In this document: one piece after another, positions 62,801 to 64,000 of the stretch
Position numbering within the stretch: position 1 is the first letter of the stretch
How the letters are laid out: each line of letters starts with the position of its first letter
From: Macrostomum lignano
Lineage: Eukaryota
DNA: 64,000 nucleotides
Assembly: GCA_002269645.1 (NCBI GenBank)
Contig: NIVC01003234.1
Coordinates: 45,621-109,620 of the forward strand
Direction: 5' to 3'
Translations under genes and position numbers: made by a program
The notes under the pieces: model-generated
What the model was told of the DNA's origin: nothing
Database searches by the model: none
The model's input: the letters and a program-made list of their open reading frames with translations, nothing else

Positions 62801-64000
62801 ATCAGTAACATTAAAATAAAAAGGTAAAATTTGCTGGTTTTGTGCCTTGTTTGCTTACTTTTCTATTAAAATACTTGCGGTTTATAATTGAAAATGTCTG
62901 CTTTTTATTCAATTTTATGTGGTTTGAAGGTTTATTTTTGCTAAAATGCCTGGTTTCTTATAAAAATTTCTACTCTCGACAATGATTGTGTCAGCTATTT
63001 CATTAAAATAACCTACTTTTGAATAAAACGTTGTATTTAAGCCCTAGTTTTTTTCAAAACATAATGGAAACCCTCACAACGCCCTTGGAACCTCCTCAAG
63101 CAGCTTACATAGAGCATGCAGACCCCGAAACCCCCTCTAGTGTGCCCTGATTTCAGCGGTCTGACGGTTAAGATCTGTATTTTTACACTATATTTTCCTT
63201 CATGCAGCAATACAGGAGGGTTTGGTAGAGTGAGTCTGGCGGGAGAGGGGCTTGTGGGGTGATGAGGATGCGTACACACAGTTTAGCCTGTTTTAGTCTA
63301 CCTTTTGGGCTAATATGCTTACTATTATTACTACTATTATACCTACTATGTACATACTATTATACTACCCACTATTATTAAACATGTTGCACTAAAACCA
63401 ACTTTTGAAAATACATAGCGTGTTTTGGTCGATTCTCCCTCACGTCTCTGTCCCTACACATGTGCTCTGCTCGCTTTGGTCTCTGCTTGTGTACCTCTCT
63501 GTAACGTCTCTGTATGCTCTGACTGGTTTCTCCGTCCCCGCACGCGCCGCTACTAAAGTTTGCTGTTACCTACCCCTACACACTGCTCTCTGTCTCCCTC
63601 CGCGCACACCTCTCTGGCCTTGCATGCAACTTGCATGTCTGCTCCCTGTCCTGCCCTCGCGTGGTCCCTGCCTATACATAGCTACAGGACCCTACCTCTG
63701 TGCCTTGCTCGGAACTCTGTCCCAGGCCCCCCTTCATACTTCTCTGTCCCGGGCTGCAACTGGCTGACACGCGCCTCTCTGTTCCCCAGCCTGCGTGGCT
63801 GCCTACCCTGCACATGCTCTCTGTCCCCCTCCGCGCCTCTCTATCATCCTATTCCTGCAGCTGACCGTGCCGTTCAGCTCTGTCCACGCACGGCTCCACC
63901 CCTGCCCGTGTCTCACTGTACCGCCCTGTGTGGCTCCCTTACCCTGCGCGTTTGCTTCCTATCTCCCTCCTGCTCCATATGTTTCTGTTCCTCACACTAC
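56815..64000. repeat. Giant inverted repeat: left arm 56815-60371, 75-bp spacer, right arm 60447 to beyond 64000
   Basis: Mirror positions sum to about 120816-120818; the ORF track has mirrored pairs (59396..59659- / 61158..61421+; 58677..58868- / 61948..62139+); the last 27 nt of the window reverse-complement 56815-56842. Confidence 0.98.

Noticed and set aside
56815-64000. Palindromic rDNA, Polinton or telomere interpretation
   Set aside because: There are no rRNA motifs, no polB or integrase ORFs, and no TTAGGG arrays.

Overview
Eukaryotic (animal) genomic DNA with GC-rich exons and introns packed with locus-specific minisatellites; the style resembles Macrostomum-type flatworm genomes (inference only). 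Three protein-coding genes can be rebuilt by hand with frame-consistent GT-AG junctions. (1) A + strand MYT1/ST18-family C2HC zinc-finger transcription factor (8 coding exons, 7097-21706, about 810 aa, 4 fingers plus C-terminal coiled coil). (2) A convergent - strand LRRK/Roco kinase (9 exons visible, 52892 down to 26059; COR, kinase with YRD/DYG, WD40-like tail; LRR/Roc exons not in the window). (3) A + strand MPPED-like metallophosphoesterase homolog (34932-36021, 332 aa) nested antisense in a 13.6-kb LRRK intron. It has lost nearly all metal ligands and ends in a CaaX-like box. About 30 different tandem repeats fill introns and intergenic DNA, and most long ORFs in the supplied track are repeat artefacts. 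Upstream of the last visible LRRK exon lie a Helitron-like 5' terminus (about 54095), a cluster of DNA hairpins and GCA-triloop motifs (55890-56290), and a giant near-perfect, apparently non-coding palindrome (arms of at least 3.55 kb, 56815-60371 and 60447 to beyond 64000). Its 75-bp structured apex carries the same GCCGCAGGCG motif found at the far end of the left arm. This may be a roughly 4.5-kb hairpin-ended unit present as a head-to-head dimer. It is the most unusual feature here, but an assembly fold-back artefact must be excluded. No rRNA, tRNA or CRISPR array is supported.
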